Shown here: piece after piece, positions 1-8,113 of the stretch
Numbering within the stretch: the first letter of the stretch is position 1
Layout of the letters: each line of letters opens with the position of its first letter
IMG/VR virus record: IMGVR_UViG_3300027740_000010
Location: 1 to 52,157 of that record
Source of the DNA: a virus
Taxonomy: Duplodnaviria > Caudoviricetes
Reading direction: 5' to 3' (one strand)
DNA length: 52,157 nucleotides
Made by a program: the position numbers and the translations under genes
The notes under the pieces: generated by a model
Seen by the model: only the letters and a program-made list of their open reading frames with translations
Database searches by the model: none
Told to the model about the DNA's origin: nothing

Positions 1-1
1 C

Positions 2-496
2 CTCAGCAGTGCAAACCTGCGCAGTGCAAACCTGAGTAGTGCAAATCTGCGTAGTGCAAACCTGAGCCGTGCAGACCTGAGCGGTGCAAACCTGAGTAGT
101 GCAAATCTGCGTAGTGCAAACCTGAGAGATGCAGACCTGAGAGCTGCAAAGGGTGCAGACCTAGTAATAGCACAGCGCAAAATAGTGCCAGATGGCACGT
201 TGATTGTGTACAAGAGACTTGCAGCTGGTATTATTGCAACGCTTGAGATACCGGTTGACGCCCAACGCTGCAACGCACTTGACTCTCGTAAGTGCCGAGC
301 TTCAAAAGCGATTGTGCTGGCACTAGAAACTCGGGACAACACCCCGATTGCTAGTGCTGTTGACGTCCACACAGGCAGGCTTGTTTATTCTGTAGGCCAA
401 GAGGTTGTGCCAGACAGCTATGACCCTAACATATACGTCGAATGTAGCCACGGTATTCATTTTTTCTTGACACGTATCGAAGCTGAAAACTATTAG
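2..496 (+). CDS. Pentapeptide-repeat protein with C-terminal DUF5758-like domain (5' truncated by window)
   Basis: Frame open from base 2: LSSANLRSANLSSANLRSANLSRADLSGANL..., i.e. A(N/D)Lxx repeats in frame with ORF 185..496 (KCRASKA...CSHGIHFFLTRIEAENY). Confidence 0.85.
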   Translation, partial: LSSANLRSANLSSANLRSANLSRADLSGANLSSANLRSANLRDADLRAAKGADLVIAQRKIVPDGTLIVYKRLAAGIIATLEIPVDAQRCNALDSRKCRASKAIVLALETRDNTPIASAVDVHTGRLVYSVGQEVVPDSYDPNIYVECSHGIHFFLTRIEAENY

Positions 497-527
497 ATAA
501 AAATGGAGAATGAAACTAAAACTAGGG

Positions 528-555
528 TTGACTGAAAATCAGATAGTGCTAATAT
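528..555 (+). promoter_or_regulatory. Sigma70-like promoter
   Basis: TTGACT-16 nt-TAATAT with a TG extended -10, upstream of the RBS AAGGAGG of ORF 578. Confidence 0.6.
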
Positions 556-577
556 AGAGTCATACAAGGAGGTAGAA

Positions 578-769
578 ATGACTCGACAAACACAGGTGTG
601 TAGATGTAAAGCTCATAGCTTTCCGCATCGCAAAGGTTGTAAACAGTGTCAAGAGCTTAGTGACGCGGTACAACAACGCGATACGAGTGAGTCACACACA
701 GACAGCCTTGATTCCTTAGCGGTGAGGGGTCTATTTGCGCCGCTTAATGATATTCCTTTGAGGTATTAG
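578..769 (+). CDS. Hypothetical Cys/His-rich protein
   Basis: ORF with strong RBS AAGGAGG. Confidence 0.65.
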   Translation: MTRQTQVCRCKAHSFPHRKGCKQCQELSDAVQQRDTSESHTDSLDSLAVRGLFAPLNDIPLRY

Positions 770-780
770 GAGTACTTAAG

Positions 781-960
781 ATGAGAAATTGGTATGAGAA
801 AGTCGTGGATGTTATATTTATTGTGCTGCTGGTACTGCTCTTGTTTGTGTCATGGAAAGGAGCAAAAGCCAATTACGATGAGCAAGCGGCGTGTACTGCG
901 AACGGAGGCACTTACATCAGTGCTTATGACGGGTACAGATGCGTTAAATTACCTGATTAG
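781..960 (+). CDS. Small single-TM protein with CxxxGGxY...C motif (59 aa; not in ORF track)
   Basis: AGGAG RBS; MRNWYEKVVDVIFIVLLVLLLFVSWKG...ACTANGGTYISAYDGYRCVKLPD. Confidence 0.65.
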   Translation: MRNWYEKVVDVIFIVLLVLLLFVSWKGAKANYDEQAACTANGGTYISAYDGYRCVKLPD

Positions 961-1022
961 TAATACTTGTAACGGGACAGCCTGACCTCTACAAGTCTAT
1001 TCTTAGGCACAAGGAGAACGAC

Positions 1023-1376
1023 ATGAAGTACAAAAGCATTTACCTAGTATTAGGTTTAGCACTCAGTAGTTATTCATGCATGACACTCGCTGACCCTCTC
1101 AAGACTGCACCACTACCAGACCACCTTGAAATGAAAACTGATGTGGGCAAAGTAGTCATTGAGATTGCGGAATGCCCACTTAAAAACATTAAGGGTTTTG
1201 TGTACAAAGCTTATGCAACTGACAATAGTCAGGTTACACATCTTGGGCACGATACTGTGCATGATGGCTGCTGGAAAAAAGTGGGCAACGTTGTACATAT
1301 CTGGTTTTACAACGAGTCTGAGCCTGTTGTTGCCTCATATAAAGAACACCACTTTAAACCAGAAACTACTCACTGA
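1023..1376 (+). CDS. Hypothetical exported protein
   Basis: AAGGAG RBS; N-terminal signal-peptide-like segment. Confidence 0.7.
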   Translation: MKYKSIYLVLGLALSSYSCMTLADPLKTAPLPDHLEMKTDVGKVVIEIAECPLKNIKGFVYKAYATDNSQVTHLGHDTVHDGCWKKVGNVVHIWFYNESEPVVASYKEHHFKPETTH

Positions 1377-1407
1377 GTAGTTCGCCAATAAAAACAGGAG
1401 ATACACC

Positions 1408-1662
1408 ATGCAAGTAAATCCATTCCACCACTCACGTAGTTTTGCATTACTTGTAGAACAATGCTTCGCGCTGCCAGTACACATGCAAGCAGAAGCATTC
1501 GCATCCATTGGTGAGTACGTGTCACGCGGTCACGGCAGAAATGTGCGCGTTGCTAGGAATAAAGTTAACTCTAGTACTGACTGGGCACTTAAGTTAGGTG
1601 GTCAGACTTGTGGCAAGCGTGAGTGTGCGCGTCGCGTCAATCAGATGCAGAAAGCAGGATAG
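1408..1662 (+). CDS. Hypothetical protein
   Basis: AGGAG RBS; ORF in a tightly packed + strand cluster. Confidence 0.7.
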   Translation: MQVNPFHHSRSFALLVEQCFALPVHMQAEAFASIGEYVSRGHGRNVRVARNKVNSSTDWALKLGGQTCGKRECARRVNQMQKAG

Positions 1663-1666
1663 TAGT

Positions 1667-1993
1667 ATGACAGACCTTAACGTACACTTGCTCAAACCAG
1701 ATGAGCTGGTTAAGTACTGCACTCCGATAACGGAGCTTGAAACAGCGTTGTACGAAGGTGTCAAAGGGCTGGTCGAAGCGCAAAAATTCAGTGCTGAGGA
1801 GTCTTACAATACCGAGTTGCGTCTAGATCAAAAAACAGTTGAAGCAGCCCGCTACACACTGTTTTTTGATAGGGTCGTGGAGCATCTGGAAGAAGTTACA
1901 GGGCAAGCATGGAATAACCCTCACCCTGACGATTCCATCCTGCTTGATATTGTTATGTATCACATGTCAGGCAAACCTGACGAGGAGAAATAA
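1667..1993 (+). CDS. Hypothetical protein
   Basis: ATG at 1667 after AGGA; packed with neighbours. Confidence 0.65.
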   Translation: MTDLNVHLLKPDELVKYCTPITELETALYEGVKGLVEAQKFSAEESYNTELRLDQKTVEAARYTLFFDRVVEHLEEVTGQAWNNPHPDDSILLDIVMYHMSGKPDEEK

Positions 1994-1994
1994 A

Positions 1995-2261
1995 ATGCGT
2001 ATCACCCTTTTAGACGGTCTGGAAATAACAAGATCGTTTTCACCAGATGGTTGTGCTGGATACAGCGCACACAAAATAGTGATTGAAAAAGCAGATGTTG
2101 TCAGAATGCGTGTCATGGCAAGCATGACACCTGATGTGTTTAATACAACACTGATTCAGTTAGAAAACCGTTTTGCGTACCCGTCAGTCCGACAAGTAGT
2201 GTTAGATACATCACCACCACAACCACTAAGCGACCGATTTGAACACGACTGCAATGACTGA
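1995..2261 (+). CDS. Hypothetical protein
   Basis: GAGGAG RBS; ATG at 1995. Confidence 0.6.
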   Translation: MRITLLDGLEITRSFSPDGCAGYSAHKIVIEKADVVRMRVMASMTPDVFNTTLIQLENRFAYPSVRQVVLDTSPPQPLSDRFEHDCND

Positions 2262-2271
2262 GGAGAAATAA

Positions 2272-2508
2272 ATGGCAAAAGGAATCCAACCAAAGGAAAT
2301 ACATCCAGACGTTGTGGAAGCGCTTGACCTCATTGACGCGGCTGTTTTTTCAGGTGACACATTCATGACTGTCGATAATCGCAACGAGTTTCAGCAACAT
2401 GTTCAGCGCTGGACACGATGGTTAGAAGGTACGTGTTATTATGAGCGTGACGGTACTTTGATGAATCCTGACGGAACACGAAGTATTTTTGATGATGTAG
2501 ATGAATAG
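2272..2508 (+). CDS. Hypothetical protein
   Basis: GAGGAG RBS; ends DGTRSIFDDVDE. Confidence 0.7.
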   Translation: MAKGIQPKEIHPDVVEALDLIDAAVFSGDTFMTVDNRNEFQQHVQRWTRWLEGTCYYERDGTLMNPDGTRSIFDDVDE

Positions 2509-2517
2509 GAGAAATAA

Positions 2518-2778
2518 GTGCAAAACGAACCACAAACAGTAGTACCAACAAAAGACGATGTAATCCATGCCCTAGGTAGCGCAGTGTCAAACTTTTTAGA
2601 GTTCGCACACACATCAGGCTTAGAGCGCGTACTCGCCGATGACCAAAAACCGCTTGCTGCAATCCCTGAGTATGCAGCACTGACAGCAGCACTGATGGTC
2701 GCATGTGAGTACAAACTGGCAGAGCTGAGGGCTAATGGTTTTGATGTAAATGAAGGGGCTGCAAATGACCTTATCTGA
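2518..2778 (+). CDS. Hypothetical protein
   Basis: AGGAG RBS with GTG start. Confidence 0.6.
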   Translation: MQNEPQTVVPTKDDVIHALGSAVSNFLEFAHTSGLERVLADDQKPLAAIPEYAALTAALMVACEYKLAELRANGFDVNEGAANDLI

Positions 2779-3001
2779 GTTAATAGCTGCACGGTTACGT
2801 GAAGTCCGAAATTATCACGGGTTCACGCTCAAAGACATGAGCGAACGAACAGGTATCGTTGCCTCGTCAATTGGTAAGTACGAACGTGGCGAGCTGCGCA
2901 TTACGGTTGAGTACCTTGAAGCCTTCTGCCGAGTGACAAACCACCCGGTGGAGTCATTGTTCAGAGATGCAACGGAGCTGACAAAACCACGTAAGGGGTA
3001 G
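2765..3001 (+). CDS. XRE/Cro-CI family HTH transcriptional regulator
   Basis: RLREVRNYHGFTLKDMSERTGIVASSIGKYERGE...VEYL fits the HTH_3 pattern. Confidence 0.9.
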   Translation: MTLSELIAARLREVRNYHGFTLKDMSERTGIVASSIGKYERGELRITVEYLEAFCRVTNHPVESLFRDATELTKPRKG

Positions 3002-3004
3002 TTT

Positions 3005-3226
3005 ATGGCAGGCATTATTAGATTCAATAACGACCTTATGTCATGGGCGCGTTGGGGTAAAGGGAGTCTTGACCTGAAAGTTCGGGCAGCCGCAGAGGCC
3101 GTGATGAGTTTCTGCGTGCTGCATGCGTGGGACAAAATGGTACATGTGCCTGACCGCTTGGAGCCGTTCGTTGACTTGTTAGAGCACGCTTGGTCAGACC
3201 GCAATGTTGGCAAAGCAGCCCAGTAA
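3005..3226 (+). CDS. Hypothetical protein
   Basis: AAGGGG RBS; packed ORF. Confidence 0.55.
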   Translation: MAGIIRFNNDLMSWARWGKGSLDLKVRAAAEAVMSFCVLHAWDKMVHVPDRLEPFVDLLEHAWSDRNVGKAAQ

Positions 3227-3272
3227 ATATTTAGTTCTACGAAATAGGACTTAAAAAGAAAGGTGGTAATGT

Positions 3273-3740
3273 ATGAGCTTAAACTATGACATTACAGGTA
3301 TTGAAAACGTGGACGAACTCAAGACGTTCGGTGTGTTTAGTGGGGATTCGTTCATGCCGAAACAAGACGGTGACTCGTTTGTACTCACACCGCAGTTGGA
3401 GTGCCTAATCTGGTTGTCGTTACTAACAGGCATTTCTAAGATCACAGAGCATAATTGGCAAGAGACATACATCCGTGTACATGCCATAGAAACAGTTGCC
3501 GGGGCGTATCGCAGGACATCTACTGGAGAGTCGGTGTACTACACCCCCGCAGAAGTAAAGCGCTGTATCGGGCTTAAAACTAACACTGAGATCCTAACTG
3601 CGGCTGCCTTTAACCACAGACTTGCCAGCATGGTGCGTAGACCTGCGTATGACCTGTTGTCAGCGTTTGACCAACTTGAGGAAAATAAAAATGACCAAGA
3701 TCAGGATGCCGTCGAGACAGAAACCAAAAGAACTGCCTGA
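3273..3740 (+). CDS. Hypothetical protein
   Basis: AAGGTGG RBS; 155 aa ORF. Confidence 0.7.
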   Translation: MSLNYDITGIENVDELKTFGVFSGDSFMPKQDGDSFVLTPQLECLIWLSLLTGISKITEHNWQETYIRVHAIETVAGAYRRTSTGESVYYTPAEVKRCIGLKTNTEILTAAAFNHRLASMVRRPAYDLLSAFDQLEENKNDQDQDAVETETKRTA

Positions 3741-3891
3741 CTGCACACGCTTCGTGCGTCACGAGTGGGAGTATGTAGGTGAGCGCAGCGGGGTGCTACA
3801 AGGCAAACCGTACCATAAAGGGTTGTATAAATGTGCGTGCGGGGTAGCTAAAGAGGGACTGCCGATGTGGAACCATAGGAGCTATAAATGA
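3691..3891 (+). CDS. Hypothetical small Cys/His protein
   Basis: GAGG RBS, ATG at 3691; stop overlaps the next ATG (ATGA). Confidence 0.55.
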   Translation: MTKIRMPSRQKPKELPDCTRFVRHEWEYVGERSGVLQGKPYHKGLYKCACGVAKEGLPMWNHRSYK

Positions 3892-4772
3892 AAGAACAGT
3901 ACAAGGAAATAAACTTTAAAGGCGACTCGTTGTTGCTGATTGATGTAACGAACAGGATAGTAGATGAGTATGTGGGACAAGGCTACCGCCTCACAGTGCG
4001 CCAGCTGTATTACCAGCTAGTAGCGAGAGCTGTTATCGAAAACACTGAGCGCAGTTACAAGCGCATCACTGGACTCGTCAATGACGCTCGCATGGCAGGT
4101 CTTGTAGACTGGGACGCTATTGAAGACCGTACCCGCGAGTTCATTCGCAAAGGACGATGGGAGTCAGGCGCACAGATTCTGCGTACTTGTGTCAACTCGT
4201 TTCACATGGACATGTGGGAAAATCAACAGACTCGTGTGTTCTGTATTGTAGAAAAAGAAGCCTTAGCCGGTGTGCTTGAGTCCGTGTGCGATAACCTAGA
4301 CATTCCGTTACTGGCTGCGCGTGGATACCCAAGCAGCACGGTGCTACGCGAGTTTGTGGAACGCGACATTGTGCCGTTACATGGACAACAGGACATCCAT
4401 ATACTTCATCTAGGCGACCATGACCCTAGCGGTATTGACATGACACGCGACCTCACGGAGCGCATTGAGCTATTCGCTGGTGTGGCGTCTAATGTGACAC
4501 TGCAACGCATTGCTCTAACAATGGAACAGATTGACGAGCAGAAGCCCCCACCAAACCCTGCTAAATCCACGGACTCTCGCTTCTTGGATTACCGTAAAAA
4601 GTTTGGTAGCCAGAGTTGGGAGCTTGATGCGCTTCAGCCGAGGTATTTGGCAGAGCTGGTCAGGCGCAACGCTGAAGTATTCATTGACTTTGACGCATGG
4701 GATGATCGTGTAGCTCAGATCGAAGAAATCAAAGTCCGTATTGCCGATTTAGCCAAGGAGCTATAAATGAAA
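3877..4772 (+). repeat. 17-bp direct repeat AGGAGCTATAAATGAAA at 3877-3893 and 4756-4772
   Basis: Two exact copies read directly; they bracket the TOPRIM gene. Confidence 0.85.
3888..4766 (+). CDS. TOPRIM-domain protein (Topo VI-A/Spo11-like)
   Basis: LTVRQLYYQLV; IVEKEAL; RGYPS; LHLGDHDPSG (TOPRIM DxD); WELDAL. Confidence 0.75.
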   Translation: MKEQYKEINFKGDSLLLIDVTNRIVDEYVGQGYRLTVRQLYYQLVARAVIENTERSYKRITGLVNDARMAGLVDWDAIEDRTREFIRKGRWESGAQILRTCVNSFHMDMWENQQTRVFCIVEKEALAGVLESVCDNLDIPLLAARGYPSSTVLREFVERDIVPLHGQQDIHILHLGDHDPSGIDMTRDLTERIELFAGVASNVTLQRIALTMEQIDEQKPPPNPAKSTDSRFLDYRKKFGSQSWELDALQPRYLAELVRRNAEVFIDFDAWDDRVAQIEEIKVRIADLAKEL

Positions 4773-4949
4773 CTACCCAGATTTGGATGGGCATTAGGGT
4801 TTGAAGCTGGAGAGTTGAACGATTTTTCAAAGCTGTCACCCCCAGACCCTGATTTGGTAACCCGTAATGCTGAGCGTCTTGCATCTGTCAAAGCTACGAT
4901 GGGTGACAAATACTTACTTGCAAAACCGATTGAAAGGAAACAGTCATGA
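4767..4949 (+). CDS. Hypothetical protein
   Basis: AAGGAG RBS; abuts the previous stop. Confidence 0.6.
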   Translation: MKLPRFGWALGFEAGELNDFSKLSPPDPDLVTRNAERLASVKATMGDKYLLAKPIERKQS

Positions 4950-5455
4950 GCCCAGAAAACAAACGCCAGTACCTCTGCACGCTGTTTGAGCTAGGTGATG
5001 GCACGACATGCAAACTAACATCCGACGGACTTGAGTTTCAAAAGAACGGCAGAGTGCTTGTAATAGATGCAGCTAAAGTGTTTGACAAGTTGTGGTACGC
5101 TGACGGTGGCAGGGCAGATGTCACAGACTCCCTTTTTAAACCTACACTGTTGAGAGTATTGACAGAGGCAGCGCAGGCGGAGGTGTTGCAGTACAATACT
5201 AGACCCCTAGACATGTCTAGTCCGTGGAAGCCTGCTAATGTAGAGCTGCTGGTATTACTGGGCACAAACATCCCTTTCTCGTGTTTCCGTATTGCCGGTA
5301 TCGCACGCACACCACCCGTAGCAGCGACGCACGAGACCCGCTGGTTATGGGCATCAGAGACAGCGGGTGTTTCTTGCTACATGTACACGGAATCCAAGCG
5401 ACCAATGGATTACCCGATTAAACTAGCGTGGTCAGCCACAGAGTTCCCGGTGTAA
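4946..5455 (+). CDS. Hypothetical protein
   Basis: AAGGA RBS; ATGA overlap. Confidence 0.65.
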   Translation: MSPENKRQYLCTLFELGDGTTCKLTSDGLEFQKNGRVLVIDAAKVFDKLWYADGGRADVTDSLFKPTLLRVLTEAAQAEVLQYNTRPLDMSSPWKPANVELLVLLGTNIPFSCFRIAGIARTPPVAATHETRWLWASETAGVSCYMYTESKRPMDYPIKLAWSATEFPV

Positions 5456-5471
5456 GAGATTCGTTTCAGTA

Positions 5472-5570
5472 ATGGCGCAGGGAATAAGGCAGCGGGTGTC
5501 GTGAGACATTTATTTCAGCTCCTTGACCCAGTGGGAGTTTGCCGAAATATATTGGGCGCGCCATCTTTTT
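5472..5570 (+). ncRNA. Candidate structured RNA or terminator-ended element
   Basis: Closing stem ATGGCGC/GCGCCAT followed by CTTTTT; internal GGGTGTC-GTGA-GACATTT GNRA hairpin; CTCCT/GGGAG stem. Confidence 0.35.
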
Positions 5571-5611
5571 AAAACTACTCAGTGAGTAGTTATTACAGGA
5601 GGATAGTAGTT

Positions 5612-5842
5612 ATGTCTGGAGACGCACTAGAGGTATGTACCAAACGTATTTTGCAGTTGGAGCAGCGGTTGAAGGAGAGTGAGACTAAATACAACAAGGC
5701 AATCGCGGTGATAAAAATACTCTCAACGCAGCCTGAAGAGGTTGTACACCCCTTTGTAAGCGGGGCGCTGAGAACCTTTGTTGCGGTTGTCGATGTAGCT
5801 GTACCCAATAGCAGTACAGCTACAGATTCTTTAGTTCACTAG
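5612..5842 (+). CDS. Hypothetical coiled-coil protein
   Basis: AGGAGG RBS; ATG at 5612. Confidence 0.6.
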   Translation: MSGDALEVCTKRILQLEQRLKESETKYNKAIAVIKILSTQPEEVVHPFVSGALRTFVAVVDVAVPNSSTATDSLVH

Positions 5843-5854
5843 GAGCCTTGCAGC

Positions 5855-6049
5855 ATGAGTAATTACACCCAAGAAACACTGGTAACATTTATGAGTGCGT
5901 ATGACTACGGAGAGCCAGCATCAACCGAGTGGCATGCCAGTATGCGAGAAGGTGCAGCAGACTTCATCGAAGCTTACGGGCTGGTACCCTCCGAGGCTAA
6001 AATCAGGCTCCTTGTAAACGATTACATAAAAGAAACGGACCAATCATGA
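5855..6049 (+). CDS. Hypothetical protein
   Basis: AGGAG RBS. Confidence 0.6.
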   Translation: MSNYTQETLVTFMSAYDYGEPASTEWHASMREGAADFIEAYGLVPSEAKIRLLVNDYIKETDQS

Positions 6050-6228
6050 AAACAATATTTAAGATTGTAGCAGGCATTATCGGCGGCGCTTTTTTCGGCA
6101 TCGGTTATATTTTTGGGCTGTTGTTAGTACCATTTATTGAGGGTGCGGAAACAGGTATTGACCACGCTGATGAGTTGATCGACTATTTGTTCGACATCGA
6201 GTACGAAGACGACGAGACTACAAAATAA
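6046..6228 (+). CDS. Small membrane protein
   Basis: N-terminal hydrophobic helix, acidic tail; ATGA overlap. Confidence 0.6.
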   Translation: MKTIFKIVAGIIGGAFFGIGYIFGLLLVPFIEGAETGIDHADELIDYLFDIEYEDDETTK

Positions 6229-6273
6229 TACTTCTTTCAAGATTAAAAGAGAACACAACTACAGGGTAAAAAC

Positions 6274-6519
6274 ATGGACTATTCAGACGTTAAAAACGTA
6301 ACCGCGCGGAAGCAACACAAATGCATGAATTGTGGTGAAAAAATACTCATGGGTGAAGCTTACAACAAATGGACAACGTTTAATTGTGGCGATGTTGGAA
6401 TAAATAAAATGCACATTGAGTGCTATGAAGATTTGAGCGGCGACGGCGAGTTTGAATACTCTTTATATGATGGTGAAAGACCATCGAAGCGCAGCCTTGG
6501 AGACGAACATGGAACGTAA
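6274..6519 (+). CDS. Zn-ribbon-like hypothetical protein
   Basis: ARKQHKCMNCGEKI...MHIEC. Confidence 0.65.
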   Translation: MDYSDVKNVTARKQHKCMNCGEKILMGEAYNKWTTFNCGDVGINKMHIECYEDLSGDGEFEYSLYDGERPSKRSLGDEHGT

Positions 6520-6835
6520 ACTGCTGTATATTGTTGTGAAGTACAAGGACATGCTCAAGTACATGACAGAAGACGAGCAGGTCCGGTTTATCGAACTGGT
6601 TAAAAAAGCTGACGCCGGAAGGGATGCAGACGGATGCTACGACGACGACGAACTGCTTGCCGAGTGCATGAGCGTGCTGGAGTACGCGACGTACCACGAC
6701 GGGCGCTACAGACAAGACCAGAACTATGAGGAGTTCCAGCAGCCAGCGCAGAGGTTGGTGGGGCGACTGGCAAAGCGATTGCAGCGCAAGGCATACGATG
6801 GCTTGGAGATATTAAATGCTAACTGCACTAGATGA
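6509..6835 (+). CDS. Hypothetical protein
   Basis: GGAG RBS; ATG at 6509. Confidence 0.55.
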   Translation: MERKLLYIVVKYKDMLKYMTEDEQVRFIELVKKADAGRDADGCYDDDELLAECMSVLEYATYHDGRYRQDQNYEEFQQPAQRLVGRLAKRLQRKAYDGLEILNANCTR

Positions 6836-7259
6836 AGCAACTTACGGCAACGAACAGGCAGAACGGGAACTGCGGAATATGCGCGGGTTGCTGTTGTGGG
6901 CGCTATACCATCACCAAGGAAGATCATCCACTATTGGGCAGCCAATCCGAAAAGCGCTTGGAATCGGTGAATATGCGGCTATGACACCTGTACAGATAAA
7001 GGAAGCGCAAATTGCAGGCGCTGACTTCAACAAAGGAGAAAACGATGGCATACACGGAAAAGAACAACGGGCCCTTCAAGCCAAACATCCGCGCGACAAC
7101 CCGCAGGCGCTGGCACGGCTGCGCCTGCGGAATAACCCGGACAACAAGCCAACCGGCGCATTCACTGGACGCTGCCCACACTGCGGTAGCGACAACCTAT
7201 GGGACGACAACCTGATATACGGCTGCAATAGCTGCGGCGCGATGCTGGGCGGGAACTAG
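6816..7259 (+). CDS. Hypothetical protein with C-terminal CxxC...CxxC Zn finger (possible fusion of two genes)
   Basis: GGAG RBS; CPHCGSDNLW...CNSCG; internal out-of-frame RBS plus ATG at 7045. Confidence 0.55.
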   Translation: MLTALDEATYGNEQAERELRNMRGLLLWALYHHQGRSSTIGQPIRKALGIGEYAAMTPVQIKEAQIAGADFNKGENDGIHGKEQRALQAKHPRDNPQALARLRLRNNPDNKPTGAFTGRCPHCGSDNLWDDNLIYGCNSCGAMLGGN

Positions 7260-7261
7260 GC

Positions 7262-7284
7262 GCCGAACGTTTGACGTAAGGCGC
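7262..7284 (-). mobile_element. Truncated attC-like remnant (L'-spacer-R')
   Basis: - strand GCGCCTTACG-TCAAAC-GTTCGGC; the R''/L'' half is absent. Confidence 0.4.
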
Positions 7285-7301
7285 AACCAAAGGAGATGAA
7301 C

Positions 7302-7421
7302 ATGCAAGGCTATGACCCAAGAATGAAGTGCCTAACGCCTGAGTTAAGCCGCGCCGGTAGGCGTCGGCTGGAAGCGATAGTTAGAAGCCTGCGGTCGACC
7401 GGAGAAAAACAGGAAAAATGA
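7302..7421 (+). CDS. 39-aa peptide read through the attC site, coupled to the MTase start
   Basis: AAGGAG RBS; MQGYDPRMKCLTPELSRAGRRRLEAIVRSLRSTGEKQEK; TGA overlaps the MTase ATG (ATGA). Confidence 0.5.
   Translation: MQGYDPRMKCLTPELSRAGRRRLEAIVRSLRSTGEKQEK
7330..7386 (-). mobile_element. Integron attC recombination site (attC-1)
   Basis: - strand TTCTAAC-TATCG-CTTCCAGC-CGACGCCTACCGGCGCG-GCTTAAC-TCAGGC-GTTAGGC: R''/5 nt/L''/loop/L'/6 nt/R' architecture, very like aadA-type attC sites as recalled. Confidence 0.8.
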
Positions 7422-8113
7422 AGACGACAACGATAAAGAACTGCACGCTGTACCTCGCCGATTATCGCGACGTGCTGCCGATGCTCGGGAAGATTACCGC
7501 CGTGGTGGCTGACCCGCCATACGGCAACGACTACCGGCAGAAGCGCAGCCGCGACAAGCTGGTGCGGCCCGACATGGAACACGCGCCGATTGTGGGCAAC
7601 GCCGAACCATTTGACCCGGCCGCACTACTGACGCTGGCGCCTACCGTGGTGCTGTGGGGCGCGAACTACTACGCCGACAAGCTGCCGGCAAACGGCAAGT
7701 GGCTGGTGTGGGACAAGCGCGAAAACACGACGCCCGACGATGGCGCGGACGTGGAGCTGGCCTGGACGAACCTGCGCGGCGTGCCGCGCATGCACAGGCA
7801 GTTGTGGCGCGGCATTTGCCGGCGCGGCGAAGAAAACATAAGCCGTGGCCAGCGGAAGCTGCACCCGAACCAGAAGCCGGCGGCACTGATGGACTGGTGC
7901 CTGCAACAAGCCGGACTTACCGAGGCCGACACCGTGCTTGATACGCACATGGGCAGCGGAACCACGGGCCTTGTGTGCCTGCGGCGCGGGATACCGTTCG
8001 TGGGGTGCGAGATTGACCCGGTGCATTACGCGACAGCGGTTGAGCGGCTGCAGCAAGAGGCTTCTAACGATGTAATTCAGGGGGCTGAGCCGCTTTTGGC
8101 GAAGCTCCCCTGA
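7418..8113 (+). CDS. DNA N6-adenine/N4-cytosine methyltransferase, beta class
   Basis: VADPPYG (motif IV) precedes HPNQKP and VLDTHMGSGTTG (motif I variant), then GCEID; visibly GC-rich. Confidence 0.92.
   Translation: MKTTTIKNCTLYLADYRDVLPMLGKITAVVADPPYGNDYRQKRSRDKLVRPDMEHAPIVGNAEPFDPAALLTLAPTVVLWGANYYADKLPANGKWLVWDKRENTTPDDGADVELAWTNLRGVPRMHRQLWRGICRRGEENISRGQRKLHPNQKPAALMDWCLQQAGLTEADTVLDTHMGSGTTGLVCLRRGIPFVGCEIDPVHYATAVERLQQEASNDVIQGAEPLLAKLP

Noticed and set aside
794-985. ORF-track ORF MRKSWMLY
   Set aside because: The overlapping frame 781-960 has the RBS and a coherent TM protein.
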